This document shows positions 22,399 through 33,879 of a stretch of 64,000 bases of DNA, piece after piece. Below the pieces are notes generated by a model. That model searched no databases. It saw nothing but the letters and a program-made list of their open reading frames with translations, and had not been told where the DNA came from. Origin of the DNA: Flectonema sp. DT1601 (Eukaryota); NCBI GenBank assembly GCA_964019425.1, contig OZ025783.1:1426001-1490000 (forward strand), written 5' to 3'. Positions within the stretch are counted from its first letter, which is position 1. Each line of letters begins with the position of its first letter. Made by a program: the position numbers and the translations under genes.

Positions 22399-24652
22399 GT
22401 TCAGATAGAGAAAACTGATTAATCAGCTTGTTTTTTTCTGTCTCACTTCGTTTTTTTTTAGTTTTTTTGTGTTATTTTTGAACTGTTGCAGAAATACAGA
22501 GTCAACAATGTTCCTTCCCTCTCTCGTTTATTAGCATGTTCAGTGCGCGCCTGCAAGCAGCCTTTTGGTAGGCTGGATTCACACTAAAGATACACGCTGT
22601 TTCTGTATTTGTTTTGTGCCGAACCCGTCTTGTAGATCTCCACTGATATTGTTAACTTTTGAACTCTCTTCATTTGATTTTTGTTGGTATTTTTCTGCTT
22701 TGAGTCATTTCAACGTAATAATTCCCTGTGAGAATCTTTCTCGTAAGATCACTTGTTTTTTAGTTATCTTTCCTTTTTCTAGTGGTCAATTTAATTGGTA
22801 TCTTGCTTATGTTGGTAACCTTGTAAAGGGTTCACATTAAATGTGTAACGTCTGCCTTCACAAATTATGGATCGCTTCGCTTGATGAAAATAGTAAACAA
22901 GCGGAAGCTAAACACTCCTTTTTTCAATATTAAATTCTTCCTCTCTAGTTTTCACTTCATTTGTAACTCAAATAACGTATCCGCAATTGTATTAATTTGT
23001 TTAGTTTTTTTAGGAACAGGACATCTGGGAGGCTATTAATACGCATTCATGTGATATGTTCTTTTTTAATATGAAGACGACTGTTCTCTTTTAAGTTAAA
23101 GCAGCTGCAGATGCTCAACGTAATCATAGAAGAATTATTCAAGGGATCTGGCTGCGGAGAAAGAAGCAAATCGGAAACCTCCAACAAAGATAGCGAACGT
23201 CGCAGCAGCAGAGATTCCAACTCTCACGCTGATATGGCGAGTCAACTGAAACACGAGCAGTCAGCCCAGTAGTAATCAATTACTCCTATCCTGGATAATA
23301 TATATCATACAATAGTAACAGCCTGGATTAATCTCTTACGCTACGGGATCCACCGTAATCCTGGGCTTCTAAAAGGTTCATAAAACATCTCGTTCACTTC
23401 TTGATGCTAATAAACCAAGCTGGAGATTAATCTTTCAGTCGAAACAATCCATGGTAAATCTTCTGATATGGCAACGGATTAGATCCTTTGTTACTGTGAG
23501 TTACCTAGCACTCATAATATACAGTAACGTTGGGTTATATAACTGACGACCACTTTTTATAATTAACTCATATTCTACTTACCATTAAAAGCACAGTCTG
23601 ATACAGTTGTTACAATGATACCTGAGACTATAGGACCATTGATGATGTGCGAAGATAAAATTAAACTCGAAATGAATGACGAGTCAAGTAATAACTCGAC
23701 TGTAATAGTGAAACGAGCAGACGTCAAAGATTAAAATTTTAGATTGAACACAAAGCAAATAAGCATTGCTAGCCCTATCCTGGCGAGCTCCGATGGATTT
23801 TTATCTTAGAACGATTAGATATAGAATGAAGTCCCTTAGAACTTACTGATGAAGGCGTAAAAAGGGACGAGTAGTACAAGATTAAAGCCTGAAACTACAT
23901 ATTCTATTACCCTAGATTAGGAACTACAGAAATGAATACTTTTCTTTTACTAATCTCTGTTTTCTTTATTCTCTTCTATACTAATAATTAATGATACTAA
24001 CTACCTAAGTTGGTCTACAGCCCCGATGAAGGAGAACTCGGCGTCCGGCCTGTCCTATGTGATGAGTAGGACAGGCCTGACACCGCAGTTTCCGCCTCGC
24101 TTTCTTCGCTGAAGAGGGCTGGGTAAGGGGAATGGTCCGAAGAAAGATTGTATTTAATCTTAGCCCGAAACAAACTTGTTTGTTGTCCTACGAAATGTTG
24201 CATTTTGTTGATTGACTGATAATTATTATTACTATCAAAGTTGGTCTGCAGCTCCAATGAGGGAGAAGTCGCACTCGTAATAAAACGAACTAATGTAGAA
24301 GAAATGGAACTCTGCTGATCAAAAGCAAAAATATATGATAGCCCGTCCTGGCGAGCTCCGATGGACATTAAGAAAACAGACAATTGATAAATCTGATTTA
24401 TTAATAAACTGAAAGTCAGTAAGTCCCTAGAACTTACTGACGAAGACGTAAGAGGGACAAGAAGTATAAGATCAAGGCTCCTGAAACTACGTATTCCACG
24501 GTGTATTATGGAACAGCAGAACAATGTGTTTTTGTAATTCTTCTTTTTACATTTTATTTTGGAGCACTTTTTTTTGTAATAAACTCATATTCTAACTAAG
24601 TTTGTCTTCATGTTTCTCATCATTACTTTGCTTGTCAGATAAAAACCACAAC

Positions 24653-26161
24653 ATGAATCGCATGCTATCGATCGCTTCAGCTGTTGTACTGTCCGCAGCT
24701 GTTCCGATGTCTGAATTTGTAAAGATGGAGGAACAAAGTCGTGAAGTTAGTACTCTCGCATATCAGAATGGATGTAGTGATCTTTTAGCTGATTTAGGAA
24801 ATGGTCAAAAGAGAGTCTGGCATGATACTGATGGTGCTTTCTTCAACTGTTACATCTACGCCAAGTATGGACTCTGTACTGCATACAGTAACTACGGTCA
24901 ATGGCCACAAAACATGCCAATGACAGCAAGCCAGGCCTGTTGTCATTGTGGAGGTGGAGATACTTCTTCTACGAACGCACCTGTTCCGAGATTCCCTGCT
25001 TGCACCACTGACGCTGATTGTGCGCAGTACCCTGATGCCACGCGTTGCTCTGTTCACGGTTGTCAAGAGTGCGACTACTCTGCCTACGATGACCTCCCTT
25101 GTCTTCAGAAGGGACTGAAGTGTGGTACGGATAACGTCGACATATTTCTGTACAGGTGTTGTGATACCCAGGGAGGCTTTTCTTGTGTCGACGCCACACC
25201 AGCTCCTCAGATAGTATCTACTGCTGTACCAACAGCTGCTCCACAAGGCAACGTTCCGCCAGCAGGGAGATTTCCTGCTTGCACTACCGACGCTGATTGT
25301 GCGCAATACCCTGATGCCACACGTTGCTCTGTTCACGGTTGTCAAGAGTGCGACTACTCTGCCTACGATGACCTCCCTTGTCTTCAGAAGGGACTGAAGT
25401 GTGGTACGGATAACGTCGACATATTTCTGTACAGATGTTGTGATACTCAGGGAGGCATTTCCTGTGTCGACGCCACACCAGCTCCTCAGCTCGTATCTAC
25501 TGCTGTTCCAACAGCTGTTCCTACTGCTGTTCCAACAGCTGTTCCTACTGCTGTTCCTACTGCTGTTCCTACTGCTGTTCCTACTGCTGTTCCTACTGCT
25601 GTTCCTACTGCTGTTCCAACAGCTGCTCCACAAGGCAACGTTCCACCTGGTCCGCGATTCCCTGCTTGCACTACTGACGCTGATTGTGCGCAATACCCTG
25701 ATGCCACACGTTGCTCTGTTCACGGTTGTCAAGAGTGCGACTTCTTTACCAACGATAACCTCCCTTGTCTTCAGAAGGGACTGAAGTGTGGTACGGACAA
25801 CGTCGATATATTTCTGTACAGATGCTGTGATACTACTAGTTTTGGCATGTGTATTGACGCCACACCAGCTCCTCAGATAGTATCTACTGCTGTACCAACA
25901 GCTGCTCCACAAGGCAACGTTCCACCTGTTCCTTTTACGCCTTTTCCTTATCCGAGCTACCCTGCTTGCACCACTGACGCTGATTGTGCGCAATACCCTG
26001 ATGCTACACGTTGCTCTATTCACGGTTGTCAAGAGTGCGACTACTCTGCCTACGATGACCTCCCTTGTCTTCAGAAGGGACTGGTGTGTGGTACGGATAA
26101 CGTCAACATATTTCTGTACAGATGCTGTGTTTCTCAGGTGTTTCCTGGCATATGTGACTAA
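24653..26161 (+). CDS. Secreted Cys-rich protein, copy 3 (502 aa; 4 modules + PTAV mucin-like tract)
   Basis: Same N-terminus, four PACTTDADC modules, and a (PTAV)n tract at about 25499-25628. Confidence 0.85.
   Translation: MNRMLSIASAVVLSAAVPMSEFVKMEEQSREVSTLAYQNGCSDLLADLGNGQKRVWHDTDGAFFNCYIYAKYGLCTAYSNYGQWPQNMPMTASQACCHCGGGDTSSTNAPVPRFPACTTDADCAQYPDATRCSVHGCQECDYSAYDDLPCLQKGLKCGTDNVDIFLYRCCDTQGGFSCVDATPAPQIVSTAVPTAAPQGNVPPAGRFPACTTDADCAQYPDATRCSVHGCQECDYSAYDDLPCLQKGLKCGTDNVDIFLYRCCDTQGGISCVDATPAPQLVSTAVPTAVPTAVPTAVPTAVPTAVPTAVPTAVPTAVPTAVPTAAPQGNVPPGPRFPACTTDADCAQYPDATRCSVHGCQECDFFTNDNLPCLQKGLKCGTDNVDIFLYRCCDTTSFGMCIDATPAPQIVSTAVPTAAPQGNVPPVPFTPFPYPSYPACTTDADCAQYPDATRCSIHGCQECDYSAYDDLPCLQKGLVCGTDNVNIFLYRCCVSQVFPGICD
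25499..25628 (+). repeat. Coding 12-bp minisatellite (actgctgttcct-type) encoding TAVP repeats
   Basis: About 10-11 consecutive 12-bp units are visible directly. Confidence 0.95.
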
Positions 26162-27532
26162 GTTCAGATAGAGAAAACTGATTAATCAGCTTGTTTTTTT
26201 CTGTCTCACTTCGTTTTTTTTTAGTTTTTTTGTGTTATTTTTGAACTGTTGCAGAAATACAGAGTCAACAATGTTCCTTCCCTCTCTCGTTTATTAGCAT
26301 GTTCAGTGCGCGCCTGCAAGCAGCCTTTTAATAGGCTGGATTCACACTAAAGATACACGCTGTTTCTGTATTTGTTTTGTGCCGAACCCGTCTTGTAGAT
26401 CTCCACTGATATTGTTAATTTTTGAACTCTCTTCATTTCATTTTTGTTGGTATTTTTCTGCTTTGAGTCATTTCAACGTAATAATTCCCTGTGAGAATCT
26501 TTCTCAAAAGATCACTTGTTTTTTAGTTATCTTTCCTTTTTCTGGTGGTCAATTTAATTGGTATCTTGCTTATGTTGGTAACCTTGTAAAGGGTTCACAT
26601 TAAATGTGTAACGTCTGCCTTCACAAGTTATAGATATCTTAGCCGGCTAGTTTGTAAGCTTCGCTTGATGAAAATAGTATACAAGCAGAAGCTTAACACT
26701 CCTTTTTTCAATATTAAATTCTTCCTCTCTAGTTTTCACTTCATTTGTAACTCAAATAACGTATCTGCAATTGTATTAATTTCCTTCAAGCAGGATGGAT
26801 CCAAAATTAAACGCAAAGCTATGTTCGCATGGTTTATTAAAAAGATCCTTAATTGAGCAGGTTAGCTCCTGAAGTTTGTAGTTGCAAAGGAGAGTTAATG
26901 ATTCTTAAGGCGATGATTCACGCGCCGCAGGAGTTTGTTGTTAATAACGATTGGAGAAGGTAACTACTTAGGATCGTCTACACTGCTTCACCGACCCTCC
27001 CTGGAATGGACTGGGACGATGTGAAGGCACCGTTCTCGGGACCTTTTACAGCCAAAGTTTGCAAACCTATCCAGTGAGTTAGTTTTAATGAACTTTTGAC
27101 CGTGCGACGTAAATAATAATATTTTGATCTTATTAATACGACTCGGCGTTGACACAATACTGGAACACGGAACAGTCACGCTGAAGACATATTTTATACT
27201 TCAAACCTGTCTGAACGGTTGCGACATTTTTTTGTATTAGTCACCGCCAGATCGATTCTTTTACAGGTCTGACCTTTTTTTGTCCCTTTGCTATTTAGAA
27301 ACTCAGGAAATAGAAATTTGGAAACCTGGGCACTCTGGAAAATAAAAGTAACAACTTACTGCAGGTTTCGAGTGACATCTCGGAAATACTTCAGTATCAC
27401 TGTTTTATCAACTGAATGACTCAGGATTAAAATAGGTCAACCAGTTTCCTCATCTGGAAGTCGAAAGAATGGACCAACGGTGTTTAATGAATCACGCACT
27501 GCATCCACGAAGTCGAGTGCGATGGGTTCGAC

Positions 27533-27883
27533 TTGGAAAGTAGAAAGGTAGCCTGTGAAGTCTGTGGGGTCACAGAAGGTCTCACTCGTGCTCATATTAT
27601 CTGCACACAACAAGATGCTAACAAAATAGACATCGAGTTCATATCTAACCGCAACGTACTTGTTTTCTGTGGAACCAAAGACAGTAACAGCTCCAGTGAT
27701 CTTCCTGAAACATGGAAATGCTACACAATGTTTGACAGAAAAACAATTTCATTCGTCCACGACCCGAACGACGAATCAATGACAAAGTTTTTTATCATTG
27801 GAGTCCCACACCATAGTAAGGAGGTGACATTTGAGCGTAGGCCGCACAGACGAACACTGCATTCACATTTTGCACACTGCTAA
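27533..27883 (+). pseudogene. Decayed HNH endonuclease (HNH_2-like) fragment
   Basis: CEVCG...LTRAHII...RNVLVFCG...CYTMFDRKTISF...PHRRTLHSHFAHC matches the C..cG...AHI....N.l.LC...H..FD....f...P....L..H pattern. The expected His before 'FD' is Tyr, there is no ATG start, and upstream frames are broken. Confidence 0.6.
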
Positions 27884-28366
27884 TGAAATAAATGTTTCAA
27901 AAAGGGAACTGTTACGGTGAAAGCGGCCGGAGGATCGGATGAGTCATTTAAGAGAATCCAAGTGTGGGTAAAAAAGACTCTCCTCATAGGGTGAAAATTA
28001 AAAAGAAAGAACCAAATAAAAAGAATAGTGAGCCTACCCGCTTCCCAATAGATTTAAATAGTGATGAATGATTACTTTAAAAAAGCAGAAACTGCGTATT
28101 CGACATAATAAAAAAAAGGCGAAAGACCAAAAGAAAAGTTCTGAAGGTTTTAATACAGCAACTGAATGAAAACATACACGTATTGCACCACTACCTCCTA
28201 GTGTTGCTTTCCATATTAGTAAAGCATCCAAATTCTGGGCAGGAACGGGAGACTGTGCGTGATATCCACTGTAGAAATGACAAGTTAAAAGCACTTCCCC
28301 GAGAAGATTAGCTAACAAACGGCGGTTCCACGTGTGTCCCCCCTCTCCCATGTGTGAATATCGTCT

Positions 28367-28655
28367 ATGGCCACAAAACATGCCAATGACAGCAAGCCAG
28401 GCCTGTTGTCATTGTGGAGGTGGAGATACTTCTTCTACGAGCGCACCTGTTCTTACTACATTCCCTGCTTGCAATACCGACGCTGATTGTGCGCAATACC
28501 CTGATGCTACACGTTGCTCTATTCATGATTGTCAAGAATGCGAGTGGGGTTATGACATTCCTTGTCTTGCGAGGGTACCGAAGTGTGGTTTAGACAAATT
28601 CAATCCTATTCTGTACAGGTGCTGTGATACTGGTGGAAGCATTGTTTGTGTCTAA
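28367..28655 (+). pseudogene. 5'-truncated Cys-rich array member (1 diverged module)
   Basis: Homology starts abruptly at WPQNMPMTASQACCHCGGG. No signal peptide; ends CCDTGGSIVCV*. Confidence 0.8.
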
Positions 28656-29218
28656 GTTTCGAATGGAAAAACCTGATTTAGTTAGCTGGTTTTAATTATT
28701 TAACTATTTTTCTATTTTTATTAGTTTCGTTGGAAATTAAAAAAATCTCGCTATGTATTTCCTAAACAAGAGTAATTGACTAATTTCATCGGTGAGTTTT
28801 GCTTTATTAACCAAATCATAAAAATGATAAACAAACGATAGCTGTTGACTCCTATTTTTCAACAACAAATCGGCTGTTCTTCCTCTCTAATTTTTTCAAT
28901 TCGTTTTGTGACTCAAATAACGTACGGCAATTGTATTAATTTGTTTAGTTTTTTCGAACAGGATTGATCCACGCACACACTACGATATTATTTAGGAACA
29001 AATCGTAACATTTATTTGAAGGAAGTATCTGTTTTAATATATGACTGGCGCCAAGGAAAGTGACTGATTTACATGGGATAGAAACGAAGAAAATCGTTGC
29101 TCGATCTTTTTTAATTTTATTCAGAGTTCCAGAAACCCCTAATTAATCCAATAAGATTATATTAATTAGTTTTATGTTTCTCATCAGTACTTTGCTTATC
29201 AGATTAAAAAACCACAAC

Positions 29219-31213
29219 ATGAATCGCATGCTATCGATCGCTTCAGCTGTTGTACTGTCCGCAGCTGTTCCGATGTCTGAATTTGTAAAGATGGAGGAAC
29301 AAAGTCGTGAAGTTAGTACTCTCGCATATCAGAATGGATGTAGTGATCTTTTAGCTGATTTAGGAAATGGTCAAAAGAGAGTCTGGCATGATATTGATGG
29401 TGCTTTCTTCAACTGTTACATCTACGCCAAGTATGGACTCTGTACTGCATACAGTAACTACGGTCAATGGCCACAAAACATGCCAATGACAGCAAGCCAG
29501 GCCTGTTGTCATTGTGGAGGTGGAGATACTTCTTCTACGAACGCACCTGTTCCGAGATTCCCTGCTTGTACTACCGACGCTGATTGTGCGCAGTACCCTG
29601 ATGCCACACGTTGCTCTGTTCACGGTTGTCAGGAGTGCGACTACTCTGCCTACGATGACCTCCCTTGTCTTCAGAAGGGACTGAAGTGTGGTACGGACAA
29701 CGTCGACATATTTCTGTACAGATGTTGTGATACCCAGGGAGGCATTTCCTGTGTCGACGCCACACCAGCTCCTCAGCTCGTATCTACTAGTGTACCAACA
29801 GCTGTTCCTACCGCCGCACCTACTGCTGTTCCAACAGCTGTTCCTACTGCTGTACCAACAGCTGCTCCACAAGGCAACGTTCCACCTGTTCCTAGTAGAT
29901 TCCCTGCTTGCAATACCGACGCTGATTGTGCGCAATACCCTGATGCTACACGTTGCTCTGTTCACGGTTGTCAAGAGTGCGACGTCTTTGCCAACGATGA
30001 CCTCCCTTGTCTTCAGAAGGGACTGAAGTGTGGTACGGACAACGTCGACATATTTCTGTACAGATGTTGTGATACCCAGGGAGGCTTTTCCTGTGTCGAT
30101 GCCACACCAGCTCCTCAGATAGTATCTACTGCTGTACCAACAGCTGCTCCACAAGGCAACGTTCCGCCAGCAGGGAGATTTCCTGCTTGCACTACCGACG
30201 CTGATTGTGCGCAATACCCTGATGCCACACGTTGCTCTGTTCACGGTTGTCAAGAGTGCGACTTCTCTGCCTATGATGACCTCCCTTGTCTTCAGAAGGG
30301 ACTGAAGTGTGGTACGGACAACGTCGACATATTTCTGTACAGATGCTGTGATACTACTAGTTTTGGCATGTGTATTGACGCCACACCAGCTCCTCAGATA
30401 GTATCTACTGCTGTACCAACAGCTGTTCCTACCGCCGCGCCTACTGCTGTTCCAACAGCTGTTCCTACTGCTGTTCCTACCGCCGCACCTACTGCTGTTC
30501 CAACAGCTGTTCCTACTGCTGTTCCTACCGCCGCACCTACTGCTGTTCCAACAGCTGTTCCTACTGCTGTTCCTACCGCCGCACCTACTGCTGTTCCAAC
30601 AGCTGTTCCTACTGCTGTTCCTACCGCCGCACCTACTGCTGTTCCAACAGCTGTTCCTACTGCTGTTCCAACAGCTGCTCCACAAGGCAACGTTCCACCT
30701 GGTCCGAGATTTCCTGCTTGCACTACCGACGCTGATTGTGCGCAATACCCTGATGCCACACGTTGCTCTGTTCACGGTTGTCAAGAGTGCGACTTCTCTG
30801 CCTATGATGACCTCCCTTGTCTTCAGAAGGGACTGAAGTGTGGTACGGACAACGTCGACATATTTCTGTACAGATGCTGTGATACTACTAGTTTTGGCAT
30901 GTGTATTGACGCCACACCAGCTCCTCAGATAGTATCTACTGCTGTACCAACAGCTGCTCCACAAGGCAACGTTCCACCTGTTCCTTTTACGCCTTTTCCT
31001 TATCCGAGCTACCCTGCTTGCACCACTGACGCTGATTGTGCGCAATACCCTGACGCTACACGTTGTTCTATTCACGGTTGTCAAGAGTGCGACTTCTCTG
31101 CCTACGATGACCTCCCTTGTCTTCAGAAGGGACTGGTGTGTGGTACGGATAACGTCAACATATTTCTGTACAGATGCTGTGTTTCTCAGGTGTTTCCTGG
31201 CATATGTGACTAA
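29219..31213 (+). CDS. Secreted Cys-rich protein, longest copy (664 aa; 5 modules + two PTAV/PTAA tracts)
   Basis: Same signal peptide and N-terminal domain, five PAC(T/N)TDADC modules, mucin-like tracts at about 29785-29870 and 30406-30680. Confidence 0.85.
   Translation: MNRMLSIASAVVLSAAVPMSEFVKMEEQSREVSTLAYQNGCSDLLADLGNGQKRVWHDIDGAFFNCYIYAKYGLCTAYSNYGQWPQNMPMTASQACCHCGGGDTSSTNAPVPRFPACTTDADCAQYPDATRCSVHGCQECDYSAYDDLPCLQKGLKCGTDNVDIFLYRCCDTQGGISCVDATPAPQLVSTSVPTAVPTAAPTAVPTAVPTAVPTAAPQGNVPPVPSRFPACNTDADCAQYPDATRCSVHGCQECDVFANDDLPCLQKGLKCGTDNVDIFLYRCCDTQGGFSCVDATPAPQIVSTAVPTAAPQGNVPPAGRFPACTTDADCAQYPDATRCSVHGCQECDFSAYDDLPCLQKGLKCGTDNVDIFLYRCCDTTSFGMCIDATPAPQIVSTAVPTAVPTAAPTAVPTAVPTAVPTAAPTAVPTAVPTAVPTAAPTAVPTAVPTAVPTAAPTAVPTAVPTAVPTAAPTAVPTAVPTAVPTAAPQGNVPPGPRFPACTTDADCAQYPDATRCSVHGCQECDFSAYDDLPCLQKGLKCGTDNVDIFLYRCCDTTSFGMCIDATPAPQIVSTAVPTAAPQGNVPPVPFTPFPYPSYPACTTDADCAQYPDATRCSIHGCQECDFSAYDDLPCLQKGLVCGTDNVNIFLYRCCVSQVFPGICD
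30428..30667 (+). repeat. Five 48-bp higher-order units built from 12-bp monomers (PTAA-PTAV-PTAV-PTAV)
   Basis: cctaccgccgc starts at 30428, 30476, 30524, 30572 and 30620. Confidence 0.95.
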
Positions 31214-32250
31214 GTTCAGATAGAGAAAACTGATTAATCAGCTTGTTTTTTTCTGTCTCACTTCGTTTTTTTTTTAGTTTTTTTGTGTTATTTTTGAACT
31301 GTTGCAGAAATACAGAGTCAACAATGTTCCTTCCCTCTCTCGTTTATTAGCATGTTCAGTGCGCGCCTGCAAGCAGCCTTTTGGTAGGCTGGATTCACAC
31401 TAAAGATACACGCTGTTTCTGTATTTGTTTTGTGCCGAACCCGTCTTGTAGATCTCCACTGATATTGTTAATTTTTGAACTCTCTTCATTTGATTTTTGT
31501 TGGTATTTTTCTGCTTTGAGTCATTTCAACGTAATAATTCCCTGTGAGAATCTTTCTCAAAAGACCACTTGTTTTTTAGTTATCTTTCCTTTTTCTGGTG
31601 GTCAATTTAATTGGTATCTTGCTTATGTTGGTAACCTTGTAAAGGGTTCACATTAAATGTGTAACGTCTGCCTTCACAAGTTATAGATATCTTAGCCGGC
31701 TAGTTTGTAAGCTTCGCTTGATGAAAATAGTATACAAGCAGAAGCTTAACACTCCTTTTTTCAATATTAAATTCTTCCTCTCTAGTTTTCACTTCATTTG
31801 TAACTCAAATAACGTATCCGCAATTGTATTAATTTCCTTCAAGCAGGATGGATCCAAAATTAAACGCAAAGCTATGTTCGCATGGTTTATTAAAAAGATC
31901 CTTAATTGAGCAGGTTAGCTCCTGAAGTTTGTAGTTGCAAAGGAGAGTTAATGATTCTTAAGGCGATGATTCACGCGCCGCAGGAGTTTGTTGTTAATAA
32001 CGATTGGAGAAGGTAACTACTTAGGATCGTCTACACTGCTTCACCGACCCTCCCTGGAATGGACTGGGACGATGTGAAGGCACCGTTCTCGGGACCTTTT
32101 ACAGCCAAAGTTTGCAAACCTATCCAGTGAGTTAGTTTTAATGAACTTTTGACCGTGCGACGTAAATAATAATATTTTGATCTTATTAATACGACTCGGC
32201 GTTGACGCAATACTGGAACACGGAACAGTCACGCTGAAGACATGTTTTAT

Positions 32251-32591
32251 ACGAGTGGGGTTATGACGTTCCTCGTCAATCGAAGGGAATGACGTGCGGT
32301 ATAGACAGCATCGATATTTCTCTGTACAAGTGCTGTCTCAATCAAGATGCATTTGGAACTTGTATTGATAGTACACCTGTTCCTAGTAGATTCCCTGCTT
32401 GCACTACCGACGCTGATTGTGCTCAATACCCTGATGCTACGCGTTGCTCTATTCACGGTTGTCAAGAGTGCGACTACTCTGCCTACGATGACATCCCTTG
32501 TCTTCAGAAGGGACTGAAATGTGGTTTAAGCAACAATGATCCTATTCTGTATAGGTGCTGTGATACTGGTGGGAGCAATACTTGTGTCTAA
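32251..32591 (+). pseudogene. 5'-truncated Cys-rich array member (half of a diverged module + 1 module)
   Basis: Spacer identity with 26.6-27.2 kb ends at about 32250 and runs directly into EWGYDVP..KGMTCGIDSIDISLYKCC. No signal peptide. Confidence 0.75.
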
Positions 32592-33339
32592 GTTTCGAAT
32601 GGAAAAACCTGATTTAGTTAGCTGGTTTTAATTATTTAACTGTTTTACTATTTTTTACCTTTAGATTGTTGCTGAGGTATTAAATTAAGAAATGTTGATT
32701 CCCAATCTCGCGTAAACGGAATACTGTGCGCGCCTGCGAACCGATTCACATCATAGATACACGCTGTTTTTTGTATTTATTGTGTTCCAATCCTATCTTG
32801 CAGATCTCCACTGATTTTGTTTGCCTTTTTTTGCTCTCTTTGATATTCGTGGGTATTATTTTGTTTAACGTCATTCAACGTGGTAATTCCCTTGGGAAGT
32901 TTTATATATTCTTCTCTTGTGCTGTTCTGCTGTCAATTCTTTTTAGTTTCGTTGGAAAAAGAAAAATCTTAAATCCAGCGTCAAATTCCCCATCTGCACT
33001 CTCGCTATGTATTTCCTAAACAAGAGTAATTGACTAATTTCATCGGTGAGTTTTGCTTTATTAACCAAATCATAAAATGATAAACAAACGATAGCTGTTG
33101 ACTCCTATTTTTCAACAACAATCGGCTGTTCTTCCTCTCTAATTTTTTCATTCATTTTGTGACTCAAATAACGTACAGCAATTGTATTAATTTGTTTAGT
33201 TTTTTTCGAACAGGCTTGATCCAACAGTAGACACCCATGAGCAACGTACACACTGCGATATTATTAATCCAATAAGATTATATTAATTAGTTTTATGTTT
33301 CTCATCAGTACTTTGCTTATCAGATTAAAAAACCACAAC

Positions 33340-33879
33340 ATGAATCGCATGCTATCGATCGCTTCAGCTGTTGTACTGTCCGCAGCTGTTCCGATGTCTG
33401 AATTTGTAAAGATGGAGGAACAAAGTCGTGAAGTTAGTACTCTCGCATATCAGAATGGATGTAGTGATCTTTTAGCTGATTTAGGAAATGGTCAAAAGAG
33501 AGTCTGGCATGATATTGATGGTGCTTTCTTCAACTGCGACAACTATGCCAAGTATGGACTCTGTTATACATACAGTAACTACGGTCCATGGCCACAAAAC
33601 ATGCCAATGACAGCAAGCCAGGCCTGTTGTCATTGTGGAGGTGGAGATACTTCTTCTACTAGGGCACCTGGTCCGAGATTCCCTGCTTGCACCACTGACG
33701 CTGATTGTGCGCAATACCCTGATGCCACACGTTGCTCTGTTCACGGTTGTCAGGAGTGCGACTACGATGCGTTCGATGACCTCCCTTGTCTTCAGAAGGG
33801 ACTGAAGTGTGGTTTAGACAGCTCTGATCCTTTTCTGTCCAGGTGCTGTGATACTGCTGGAAGCAATGTTTGTGTCTAA
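33340..33879 (+). CDS. Secreted Cys-rich protein, shortest copy (179 aa; 1 module)
   Basis: Signal peptide, variant N-terminal domain (FNCDNYAKYGLCYTY) and one module ending CCDTAGSNVCV*. Confidence 0.85.
   Translation: MNRMLSIASAVVLSAAVPMSEFVKMEEQSREVSTLAYQNGCSDLLADLGNGQKRVWHDIDGAFFNCDNYAKYGLCYTYSNYGPWPQNMPMTASQACCHCGGGDTSSTRAPGPRFPACTTDADCAQYPDATRCSVHGCQECDYDAFDDLPCLQKGLKCGLDSSDPFLSRCCDTAGSNVCV

Larger units (their letters stand above)
18297..26625 (+). repeat. Tandem ~3.1-kb segmental duplication (two full units plus a partial third)
   Basis: Sequence recurs at an offset of 3098-3100 with only scattered substitutions, e.g. 19921-21395 vs 23021-24495 and genes starting at 18455/21553/24653. 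Confidence 0.95.

Noticed and set aside
25499..30680. Short regular repeats resembling a CRISPR array
   Set aside because: They are contiguous 12/48-bp coding repeats with no unique spacers and no cas genes, in a eukaryotic context.
18596..33744. Long minus-strand ORFs (191, 187, 412, 574 aa) over the Cys-rich genes
   Set aside because: They are antisense shadows of repetitive coding sequence, coextensive with the + strand genes and with no independent protein features.
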